From Anaerolineales bacterium (GTDB lineage Bacteria > Chloroflexota > Anaerolineae > Anaerolineales > DRMV01), in assembly GCA_027053355.1 (NCBI GenBank), contig JALUDX010000195.1, forward strand, positions 846 to 64,845: a stretch of 64,000 nt of DNA, written 5' to 3'. Positions 34,871 through 42,965 of the stretch are shown in pieces (position 1 is the first letter of the stretch; every line of letters begins with the position of its first letter). The position numbers were made by a program, and so were the translations under genes. The notes under the pieces were generated by a model. That model did no database searches and was not told where the DNA came from. It worked only from the letters and a program-made list of their open reading frames with translations.

Positions 34871-35659
34871 ATGAGCGCGATCATTCTGCGAGATCACATC
34901 GTTCACTACGAAGTTTTGGGCCGCGGCCGACCGGTGCTCTTTCTGCACGGCTGGGTCGGCTCTTGGCGCTATTGGGTGCCGGCAATGCAACAAGTGTCGC
35001 AACAACACCGCGCTTACGCTCTGGATCTGTGGGGCTTTGGCGATAGCGACAAGCACCCACCGCTCTATACTTTAGAAGCCCAGGTGCAGTTGCTGACGTC
35101 CTTTTTAGACCGCATGGGCATCGGCCGGGTAGCGCTGGTAGGCCACGGCCTGGGCGCGGTGGTTGGGCTGCATTTTAGTCTCCAATACCCTCTGATCGTC
35201 GATCGGATGTTGTTGGTAGCCATGCCCAGTGAGGCCGACGCGCTGCACCCCCGCCTGCGCGCCGACTCGCCCGAAAAACTGGCCGCCTGGCTGCTCAAAC
35301 CGACCATCTCCACCGAACCGGCCCGCGCCGAAGCCCCCAAAGCCGACCCTCTGGCCTTGCGCAGCACGGTAGAGCCTTTGCAAAGCCTAGATTTGATGTC
35401 CCAAGTCGCCAAGGTGGAAATGGCCTGCCTGCTGGTCCATGGCCGCAACGACCCCCTGGTACGCTTACCGTCGGATCTCGCGCTGGCCCAATGGCCAGAA
35501 AACATCCATCAGATTATTTTCGAGCAGTCGGGACACTTCCCCATGTTGGATGAACCCAGCAAATTCAACCGGCTGTTGGCCGACTTTCTTCACCTGCCTT
35601 CAGGAACCGGCCCCCAACAACTGCAACTCAAAGAAGAATGGAAACGCCGCGTCCGCTAA
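34871..35659 (+). CDS. alpha/beta-hydrolase-fold protein (H2), paralog of H1 with Ser-to-Gly at the nucleophile
   Basis: Start at MSAIILRD. Colinear with H1 (HYEV.G.G.PV..LHGW.GSW..W...M.Q....YALD.WGFG.S.K), but the nucleophile elbow reads GHGLGA, with codon GGC at 35147..35149. Asp (GRND) and His (SGHF) are retained. Confidence 0.75.
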   Translation: MSAIILRDHIVHYEVLGRGRPVLFLHGWVGSWRYWVPAMQQVSQQHRAYALDLWGFGDSDKHPPLYTLEAQVQLLTSFLDRMGIGRVALVGHGLGAVVGLHFSLQYPLIVDRMLLVAMPSEADALHPRLRADSPEKLAAWLLKPTISTEPARAEAPKADPLALRSTVEPLQSLDLMSQVAKVEMACLLVHGRNDPLVRLPSDLALAQWPENIHQIIFEQSGHFPMLDEPSKFNRLLADFLHLPSGTGPQQLQLKEEWKRRVR

Positions 35660-36519
35660 ACCCTGCCCAGCGCGCGCTCGCCCTGCTGCCTCGCGGGCTT
35701 GGCCTGGGGGTCGCGGTGTTGTGGGGGGTACTGTTTGCCCCTCGCGCGGCGCAGGCCGCGCGCCTGCCCGCGGAAAACACCCCCACCCCACCGGCCAAAA
35801 CGTGTATGCAGCAGGGCGGGCAAATTCGCTCCGCACAACTGCCCGCGCCTACGCTCTCGCGGCCGATGCCCGTGTTTGTCTACCTGCCGCCATGTTACGA
35901 CCAGCGCGCACCCGAACGCTACCCCGTGCTCTACCTGATCCACGGCCAAAACTTCAATGCCCGCCAGTGGATCAGGTTGGGCGCGCCCCAAGTTGCCGAC
36001 CGGCTGATCGCCCACGGCGAAGCCCCACCCTTCATCATCGTGATGCCTGGCGAGTGGCGCTGGGCGCCCCCTGCAGAAACCGGCTGGGATGAGGCTTTTC
36101 TACAAGTGCTCATGCCTTGGGTAGACCGAACCTTCCGCACTCGCGCCGAGCGGCGCTACCGCGCGGTGGGCGGCCTTTCTCGCGGCGCGTCCTGGGCCAT
36201 TCACTTTGGCCTCTCACGCTGGGATCTGTTCGGCAGCGTGGGCGGCCACAGCCCGCCAGTGTTTTGGGGCGACGCCCCCTACGTGCGCCACTGGCTGGCA
36301 GACATCCCCCAAGGCCGCTGGCCGCGCATCTACTTGGACATCGGAGACATGGATCAACACAGCATCATGGAATCCGCCCAATGGTTCGAAAACCTGCTCA
36401 CCCAGCGCGACATCCCCCACGAGTGGCACCTCAACGTAGGCTTACACAACGAAGCCTACTGGCATGCCCATGTCGAAGCCTACCTGCGCTGGTACACCGC
36501 AGCCTGGCAAACACCCTGA
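35638..36519 (+). CDS. secreted esterase-family (PF00756-like) alpha/beta hydrolase
   Basis: Signal-like N-terminus, YPVLYLIHGQ, and nucleophile GLSRGA. The start is uncertain; it overlaps the H2 end by 22 nt. Confidence 0.65.
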   Translation: METPRPLNPAQRALALLPRGLGLGVAVLWGVLFAPRAAQAARLPAENTPTPPAKTCMQQGGQIRSAQLPAPTLSRPMPVFVYLPPCYDQRAPERYPVLYLIHGQNFNARQWIRLGAPQVADRLIAHGEAPPFIIVMPGEWRWAPPAETGWDEAFLQVLMPWVDRTFRTRAERRYRAVGGLSRGASWAIHFGLSRWDLFGSVGGHSPPVFWGDAPYVRHWLADIPQGRWPRIYLDIGDMDQHSIMESAQWFENLLTQRDIPHEWHLNVGLHNEAYWHAHVEAYLRWYTAAWQTP

Positions 36520-36601
36520 AGTCTGCCCCTCAGGCGCCCCCTTCCTCTTATCTAAGAAACTTGTAGGAAAAAGCCCACGCCCCGCGCGTGGGCTAAAACT
36601 T

Positions 36602-36610
36602 TGGTAGAAT
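36602..36610 (+). promoter_or_regulatory. candidate extended -10 promoter TGGTAGAAT for clpC
   Basis: TGnTAGAAT about 90 nt upstream of the clpC start. Same motif class as 4690, 46933, 53893(-) and 60685. Confidence 0.45.
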
Positions 36611-36699
36611 GAGAATGGTACCCGTATCTCAGGAGGGGGAAGCGCAGGCTTCCCCCGGCAAGGGCATTAACCAAGCGACCTCGCGAAGGAGGCAAGACC

Positions 36700-39201
36700 T
36701 TGGGCATGGAACGTTTTACCCAACGGGCACGCCGGGCGCTCAGCCTGGCGCATCAAGAAGCCGAGCGCATGCGGCATACCCAAATTGGCACCCACCACCT
36801 GCTCTTGGGCCTGGTGCGCGAAGAAGGCGGCATTGCCGGCCGCGTGCTGCGCGAGTTGGGTCTGGACCCCCAGCGGGTGGAAGAAATCACAGCCCGACAC
36901 TTCCCACCGGGGCAATACAGCGGCGGGCAAATTGACCTCGCGGCCGAAACGCAACAAGTGCTCACACTGGCGGTGGAAGAAGCCAGCCGCTTAGGCCATC
37001 AATACATCGGCACCGAGCACCTGCTTTTGGGGCTAATTCGCCTGCCCCACAGCGCGGCCATGGAGGTGCTACGCCGCTTGGGCATCACACCCGACCAAAT
37101 CCGCGCCCAAACGCGACAGGTGCTCCGCCAGGCCAGCAACACCTCAGCCGGCTCGGCTGCAGCCGGCCCTAAACGGCGACGCAAAGAGCAGAAAAAACCC
37201 TCGCTGCTGGAACAATTGGCCACCGACCTGACCGCGCTGGCCGAAGCCAACAAACTCGACCCGGTGATCGGCCGCGAAACCGAAATCGAACGGGTCATTC
37301 AAATCCTGGCGCGGCGCACCAAAAACAACCCCGCCCTCATCGGCGAGCCCGGGGTGGGCAAAACCGCTATCGTCGAGGGGCTGGCGCAGCGCATCGTAGA
37401 AGGCAACGTGCCCGTGCCCCTGCTGGGCAAGCGGGTGCTCCAACTGGATGTGGGCTCGCTGGTGGCCGGCACCATGTACCGCGGGCAATTCGAAGAACGG
37501 CTCAAACGGGTAATCGAAGAACTGAAAAACTCCGACGCCATCCTGTTCATCGACGAATTCCACATGCTGGTGGGCGCGGGCGCGGCCGGCTCCGCAGTAG
37601 ACGCGGCCAACATCCTCAAACCCGCGCTCTCACGCGGCGAACTGCAGGTCATTGGCGCTACCACCTTAGACGAATACCGCCAATACATCGAAAGCGACGC
37701 CGCGCTGGAACGCCGCTTCCAGCCGGTGATGGTCGACGAACCCTCGCTGGAAGAAACCGTCGCCATCTTGCGCGGGGTGCGGCCCGTGTACGAAGAGCAC
37801 CACCACCTGAGCATCTCCGACGAAGCCCTGGAAAGCGCTGCCAAACTCTCAGCCCGCTACGTAACCGACCGCTTTTTGCCCGACAAGGCCATCGACCTGA
37901 TCGACGAGGCCGCGTCGCGGGTGCGGATGTACAAAAGCCCCACCGCCCATCAAAGCCGCGCCCTGATCGAAGAACTCAGCCGCCTGCGCGAAAACCTGGC
38001 CCTGGCCCTGGAAAACAACCAAACCGACGAAGCCCAAGCCCTGCAAGAGCAAATCCGCCGCGTCGAAACCGACCTGGAAAGCCTGCGCACCGGCTGGAAC
38101 CGGGCCACCAGCCCCACCGTGACCGCCGACGACATCGCGGAAGTGGTCTCCATGTGGACGGGCGTGCCGGTCATGCAATTGGCGCAAGAGGAATCGGAAC
38201 GCCTGCTGCACATGGAAGAGGAACTCAAAAAACACATCATCGGCCAAGACGAAGCCGTCGAAGCCATCGCCAAAGCGGTGCGGCGGGCGCGCGCGGGCCT
38301 CAAAGACCCGCGCCGGCCCATCGGCTCCTTCCTCTTCCTTGGCCCTACGGGCGTGGGCAAAACCGAACTGACCAAGGCGTTGGCGCGGTTCCTCTTTGGC
38401 AGCGAAGACGCGCTCATCCAACTGGATATGTCGGAATTCATGGAACGCCACACCACCAGCCGCCTGGTAGGCGCGCCGCCGGGGTACGTGGGCTACGAAG
38501 AGGCCGGGCAACTCACCGAGGCTATCCGACGCCGGCCTTACTCGGTGGTGGTGTTCGACGAAATCGAAAAAGCCCACCCCGAAGTCCACAACATGCTGCT
38601 GCAAATCATGGAAGAAGGCCACCTGACCGACGCCAAAGGCCGCAAGGTGGACTTCCGCAACAGCCTGATCATCATGACTTCTAACGTCGGCGCGGACATG
38701 ATCAAACGCCAAAGCGCATTGGGCTTCCACCTGCAACGCGACCAGGCGTTAGAAGAGCGGCTTTCGTACAACGAAATGCGCAAGAAACTGCTGGACGCGC
38801 TGAAACGGGTGTTCCGCCCCGAGTTCATCAACCGGGTCGACGCGGTCATCGTGTTCCGCGCGCTCACCGCCGACGACCTGCTGCGCATCGTCGGCCTGGA
38901 ACTGGACAAAGTGCGGCAGCGCCTGACCGAACACGGCCACAACATCCAGGCCACCCCCGCGGCGCTGGAACGCCTGGCCAAACTGGGCTACGACCCCGAA
39001 ATGGGCGCCCGCCCCCTGCGGCGGGTCATCCAACAAAAGGTGGAAGACCCGATCTCCGAGGCGCTGCTGGGCGGCCGGTTTGCCGAGGGTGCGACCATCG
39101 TAATCGACGTGGACGAACAGGGCGAGATCGTGCTGCGCGCCGGCGAAGCCGACAAAGAAGAAACCGCCGCGCCGCCAGCCATGCCCTTGCCCACGGCCTG
39201 A
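36700..39201 (+). CDS. clpC: ATP-dependent Clp protease ATP-binding subunit ClpC
   Basis: Two Clp_N repeats, Walker A GEPGVGKT and GPTGVGKT, a UVR-like linker, 833 aa. TTG at 36700 (RBS AGGAGG 7 nt upstream) or ATG at 36706. Confidence 0.9.
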   Translation: MGMERFTQRARRALSLAHQEAERMRHTQIGTHHLLLGLVREEGGIAGRVLRELGLDPQRVEEITARHFPPGQYSGGQIDLAAETQQVLTLAVEEASRLGHQYIGTEHLLLGLIRLPHSAAMEVLRRLGITPDQIRAQTRQVLRQASNTSAGSAAAGPKRRRKEQKKPSLLEQLATDLTALAEANKLDPVIGRETEIERVIQILARRTKNNPALIGEPGVGKTAIVEGLAQRIVEGNVPVPLLGKRVLQLDVGSLVAGTMYRGQFEERLKRVIEELKNSDAILFIDEFHMLVGAGAAGSAVDAANILKPALSRGELQVIGATTLDEYRQYIESDAALERRFQPVMVDEPSLEETVAILRGVRPVYEEHHHLSISDEALESAAKLSARYVTDRFLPDKAIDLIDEAASRVRMYKSPTAHQSRALIEELSRLRENLALALENNQTDEAQALQEQIRRVETDLESLRTGWNRATSPTVTADDIAEVVSMWTGVPVMQLAQEESERLLHMEEELKKHIIGQDEAVEAIAKAVRRARAGLKDPRRPIGSFLFLGPTGVGKTELTKALARFLFGSEDALIQLDMSEFMERHTTSRLVGAPPGYVGYEEAGQLTEAIRRRPYSVVVFDEIEKAHPEVHNMLLQIMEEGHLTDAKGRKVDFRNSLIIMTSNVGADMIKRQSALGFHLQRDQALEERLSYNEMRKKLLDALKRVFRPEFINRVDAVIVFRALTADDLLRIVGLELDKVRQRLTEHGHNIQATPAALERLAKLGYDPEMGARPLRRVIQQKVEDPISEALLGGRFAEGATIVIDVDEQGEIVLRAGEADKEETAAPPAMPLPTA

Positions 39202-39726
39202 AGCCGCCGAACACCGGGTAACAAGCCCACGAACCCATAAAAACCCGCGCCTGCCCACCTATACCACCCTATGGGCGGGGCCTCAACGCCTTCGCGTGGC
39301 TTGGGCAGAAGTCCGCACAAGGGCTTGGCCCCGTGAGCCTGCGGGGACTATCCTCGCGCGCAAGTTAAAAAAACCCAAATACGAGAGAGCCGGGGGAAAA
39401 CCGCCTACTTCTACACTCAGCAGCCGGGGGAAAGAAACAGCGAACGAACAAAGCAAGCCAACGGCTCACCTTTGTCTATTTGACCTTACCGCTTCCCCCA
39501 GGGCTCCCCGGCAGCAACTTTCCAAAAAGGCACGTCGTGCTTCTTTGGCGAAAAAACAAGGACCCCAGTAATTACGATGAAAATTTACAAACCCTTCGGG
39601 TTTATGCGCCGTCTCCTCAGATCGGTAGAGGGGAGATGACACAAAAAGAAAACGGAGTTGAGGGCACAGAGCAACACGGCGTCCTCTTCCATCAATAACC
39701 TATGGCCTTCTCCTGAAGCAGGCATA

Positions 39727-39755
39727 TTGCGTTCTTCCTAAAATTTCCGTATAAT
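39727..39755 (+). promoter_or_regulatory. sigma-70-type promoter TTGCGT-17 nt-TATAAT
   Basis: -35 at 39727..39732 and -10 at 39750..39755 with a 17-nt spacer. Implies a roughly 150-nt leader before the ATG at 39912. Confidence 0.5.
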
Positions 39756-39911
39756 AACATTGCAACCCTGCTTCACCGCCTGAAAATTCGACTGGACGAC
39801 TTCGGTTTGCCTGCTTCTGAAAGCACGTTGCGCCATCACAAGGGGAAACCACCGAGCACACCGAAGACGACATCGGCAGGCGACACTTACCTATTCCAAG
39901 GAGGTTTCCTC

Positions 39912-41162
39912 ATGCTTCTCTCGCGTCCATACAAGGCTTTTGTGCTCGGCTTAGGCCTGTTAGTCATTCTGATGGCCTGCAATCTGTTTACCCGCCCAGC
40001 AGCGGGCCCCGATGCGCAAACGCTGCAAACCTTGGCCGCCCAAACCGTTCAGGCTGCGCTGACCGCACAATCTTCGACCGCTGCTCCCCCCGCTGCCACA
40101 GCCGGTGCACACCCTACCACCGCCGCGCCCACACCAACCACGGCCGCAGCGACCTCAGCCCCGCAACCTACACCCACCACAGCCTCTCCCTCACCCACGC
40201 CGCAGCCTCCCACGCCGACCCCCATCGTGCCCACGGCTACCCCCACACCCAAACCGTGCAATCTGGCCACGTTCATCGCCGACGTTACCGTGCCCGACAA
40301 CACCGAATTTCAGCCAGGCGAGGCGTTCACTAAAACCTGGCGGCTGAAAAACGTGGGCACGTGCACTTGGCAGAATTACAGCGTGGTGTTCGACCACGGC
40401 GACGCGATGGGCGGCGCGCCGGTCGTGCCCTTGCCCGCGGTGGTGGCCCCAGGCCAAGAGGTCGACGTGTCGGTCAACCTGACCGCACCCGCCAACGAAG
40501 GCACCTATCAGGGCTTCTGGCGGCTCCGCGATGCCCACGGCGTGGTTTTTGGCTTGACCACGGGCAACCCCTTCTGGGTCAAAATCAAAGTAGTTGCCCC
40601 GACGGCAACACCCGTTCCTACGCCCACCCCCACGGCTACCCTGCCGCCGCCGGCTTTACTGGTGTTCGACTTCTACCAACAAGCCCCCAACGCGACCTGG
40701 TATAACGGCCACAGCCAGACACTCCCCTTCCCCGGCAGCACCAGCGATGCTCGCGGCTTTGCCCGTTACGCCGATAACGCCTTGTTAGAAGACGGCCACC
40801 GTTATCGCCACGTGCTCCAAACCCACCCCGAATGGGTCAACAACGGCTTGATTACGGGGCACTTCCCGCCGTTTACTTTGAGCCAAGACGGGCGCTTCCA
40901 GGCCAAAATCGGCTTCATCGCCCTCAGCGATGGTACTTGCGGCCTTGGCGACGTGGAATTCCGCTTGTACATTCACCGCCCTCCTGCGCCGCCCCATCGC
41001 ATTGCCCAATGGCACGCCACGTGCGACGGCACCCTCCAAAATGTGGAAGTGCCTCTTTCCGCTTCCTCCCAACCGATTCGCTTGATCCTCCAGGTGGCTG
41101 CTGGCAGCAGTTCTGCCCAGGATTGGGCAGTGTGGGTCAACCCGGTGGTGTCTTCGCCCTAA
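39912..41162 (+). CDS. membrane-anchored/secreted protein with NBR1-type Ig-like domain
   Basis: Start at MLLSRPYK after the strong RBS AAGGAGG. TM/lipobox-like LVILMACN, Pro/Thr/Ala linkers, and the segment VPDNTEFQPGEAFTKTWRLKNVGTCTW...GQEVDVSVNLTAPANEGTYQGFWRL typical of the N_BRCA1_IG domain as recalled. Confidence 0.6.
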   Translation: MLLSRPYKAFVLGLGLLVILMACNLFTRPAAGPDAQTLQTLAAQTVQAALTAQSSTAAPPAATAGAHPTTAAPTPTTAAATSAPQPTPTTASPSPTPQPPTPTPIVPTATPTPKPCNLATFIADVTVPDNTEFQPGEAFTKTWRLKNVGTCTWQNYSVVFDHGDAMGGAPVVPLPAVVAPGQEVDVSVNLTAPANEGTYQGFWRLRDAHGVVFGLTTGNPFWVKIKVVAPTATPVPTPTPTATLPPPALLVFDFYQQAPNATWYNGHSQTLPFPGSTSDARGFARYADNALLEDGHRYRHVLQTHPEWVNNGLITGHFPPFTLSQDGRFQAKIGFIALSDGTCGLGDVEFRLYIHRPPAPPHRIAQWHATCDGTLQNVEVPLSASSQPIRLILQVAAGSSSAQDWAVWVNPVVSSP

Positions 41163-41195
41163 TTCGGGTGCGAGGCAGCCACGCTCGTGCAAAAA

Positions 41196-41223
41196 GGCGT
41201 AGCCGGGCGGCTACGCCTTTTCT
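41196..41223 (+). terminator. intrinsic terminator
   Basis: 9-bp stem GGCGTAGCC/GGCTACGCC with loop GGGC, then TTTTCT. It lies 34 nt after the stop. Confidence 0.8.
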
Positions 41224-41290
41224 ACCTGTTTGTAACCGTTCAGCCTCGAAGAGACGCTACGGATAACGCAGGCAGAAAACCACAGAAGAC

Positions 41291-41682
41291 GTAATGCATA
41301 ATCAACCATGATAGTTGGTTTAGGCCTTTTGCAACTTGGCGCCCAAATTTTTGATCTCTCCCTACCCCGCTCCGGCGAGGCCTCGCCTTCGCTCAGCCTG
41401 CCGGAGCCGCCCCCTTTCCTCCCTTACTTGCACTTTGACAAATTGTTACGACAATCCGAGGCTATGGCCTGGGCCGGTCTCCCCTCTCCCTCTGGGAGAG
41501 GGGCCGGGGGTGAGGGCGTAAAAAGCCCATTGGCTTAGCGCCCTCACCACTCCCCCGGACGCCGCCCAGCGGCGTCCGGGGGAGTGGTGAGGGCGAGCAA
41601 GGTGTAATGCTGTTTCATGGCATGGCAGAGTTATTGGAATATTGCTTGTCAACCTCGTTTTCGGAGCAGGGCAGGTAGTTAC
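41291..41682 (+). mobile_element. nested non-coding element (392 bp) with GTAA...TTAC ends and perfect 8-bp TSD
   Basis: Flanked by CAGAAGAC at 41283..41290 and 41683..41690. Starts GTAATGCAT and ends GGTAGTTAC. Carries G/C-rich hairpin modules. Confidence 0.8.
41539..41595. repeat. perfect 27-bp-arm inverted repeat (hairpin/cruciform)
   Basis: CGCCCTCACCACTCCCCCGGACGCCGC - CCA - GCGGCGTCCGGGGGAGTGGTGAGGGCG. Every arm position is complementary. Confidence 0.9.
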
Positions 41683-41840
41683 CAGAAGACACAGAAAGCG
41701 GGATGTGGGGAACGGGAAGTGGAATGCGGCCGTTGGCGTCATTTTGGGGCCTCGGCGCCCAAAAATCCGCGTCTATCCGCCATCATCCGCGTTCATCCGT
41801 GGGCTGTTTTCCAACCCAACAAGGAATGGCCTGACGACCC

Positions 41841-42830
41841 TCAGCCTTTGCCCCGAGTTTCAGGGCTGCCGCTCATCCTGGGCCAGGCCAACCAGGGCAT
41901 CCCACGCCAGAGGCAACGAAGATACACCACCAAAGGCAAGAGCACAATCCACCGTAAAATCCCCCAACGGAAGTAGAAGAACAAGAACCCCACATTGCTC
42001 CACCACGAAATCCAGCCAATGGGGAACACCTGCAACATCACCAGGCTGTGCTGCTGGTAGTAAGGCATGGTCAGCGCGCTGACGGTCAAAACCAAGAGGA
42101 GTTTTTTAGCGCGCGGCAGCCGCACAAAGAACACGGGCAGCCAGAGAAGCAAGGCCCACGGGCCGACGACTTCCCACAGGGTGATGCTCCCATGACGATA
42201 AAGGGGGCCATGGAAAAGATGATGCCACCAGCCGGGGAACCACCAACCGTAGCGCAGCACCGAAGCCAACACCACCCCCACAGGTACGGCCAGGCTTTTG
42301 AGCCGCGCTGGAGGCGACAACCACCACCACAACAAAATCAACGCGGCCAATGAAATTTGCGGTTTCAACGCAGCCAGGGCAAAACCCACACCCATCCACC
42401 ACGGCCGGTTGCGCTCCAAAGCCCACCAACTAAGCGCCAACCCTAAAACCACCAAGGCGTCAATCTGCCCATAAAACAGCAAAAAGAAGAAGGGATAGGT
42501 CAGCAACACATGGATCAGCCGCCCTTGAAAGACTCGCGTGGCCGCCACAAGGGCAACCAACGAACCCAAAGAAAGCAAGCCGTAAGCCAACGAAAAAGGC
42601 AACCACGCCAAAGCCTCGAACAAAGGACGCAACCAATAAGGGTTGTAAAAGTCCTCCAAGTCTCCATGGGCTACAGGCAAATAAGAAAAGCGCAAATCGA
42701 CCCCTGCGCTGGGCAAAAAAGCGAAAACCACGATCACACCCAAAGCAACGCCGATAGCCAAGGCGTCTTCCGTCTTCTTTCGGTCGTATCTGCGTTGGGG
42801 AGAGAACAAAGAGGGCATCGTAAGTACCAA
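41841..42830 (-). CDS. polytopic membrane protein (possible GT-C/DUF2029-like glycosyltransferase)
   Basis: 329 aa with about 9 hydrophobic helices. TTG at 42830 or ATG at 42818. The family assignment is tentative. Confidence 0.4.
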   Translation of the reverse strand: MVLTMPSLFSPQRRYDRKKTEDALAIGVALGVIVVFAFLPSAGVDLRFSYLPVAHGDLEDFYNPYWLRPLFEALAWLPFSLAYGLLSLGSLVALVAATRVFQGRLIHVLLTYPFFFLLFYGQIDALVVLGLALSWWALERNRPWWMGVGFALAALKPQISLAALILLWWWLSPPARLKSLAVPVGVVLASVLRYGWWFPGWWHHLFHGPLYRHGSITLWEVVGPWALLLWLPVFFVRLPRAKKLLLVLTVSALTMPYYQQHSLVMLQVFPIGWISWWSNVGFLFFYFRWGILRWIVLLPLVVYLRCLWRGMPWLAWPRMSGSPETRGKG

Positions 42831-42965
42831 AACTCTGACCGCGTGGCGCGGTTAAAGTCTGGTGGAACGCCCTTTGGGGCGCTGCGTTCCACCTTATTTG
42901 CTCCCTGGGCCACGTCTTGCGTGGCGCCCTAAAGCGGGGCGCCACGCAAGGCGCGCAAGGGTGTC

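Larger units (their letters stand above)
41232..41815 (+). mobile_element. type-B MITE-like element interrupted by a nested 392-bp element; right TIR missing
   Basis: Left TIR GTAACCGTTCAGCC. After removing 41291..41690, the remaining sequence is colinear with 19226..19440. It ends ...CCGTGGGCTGTTTTCCAA without GGCTGAACAGTTAC. Confidence 0.75.

Noticed and set aside
39202-39726. Search for tmRNA, RNase P RNA, SRP RNA, 6S RNA or a riboswitch in the large gap after clpC.
   Set aside because: No tRNA-like 3' end, no SRP GGAA/AGCA helix-8 motif, and no RNase P conserved regions were recognisable. Left as an open low-interest finding only.
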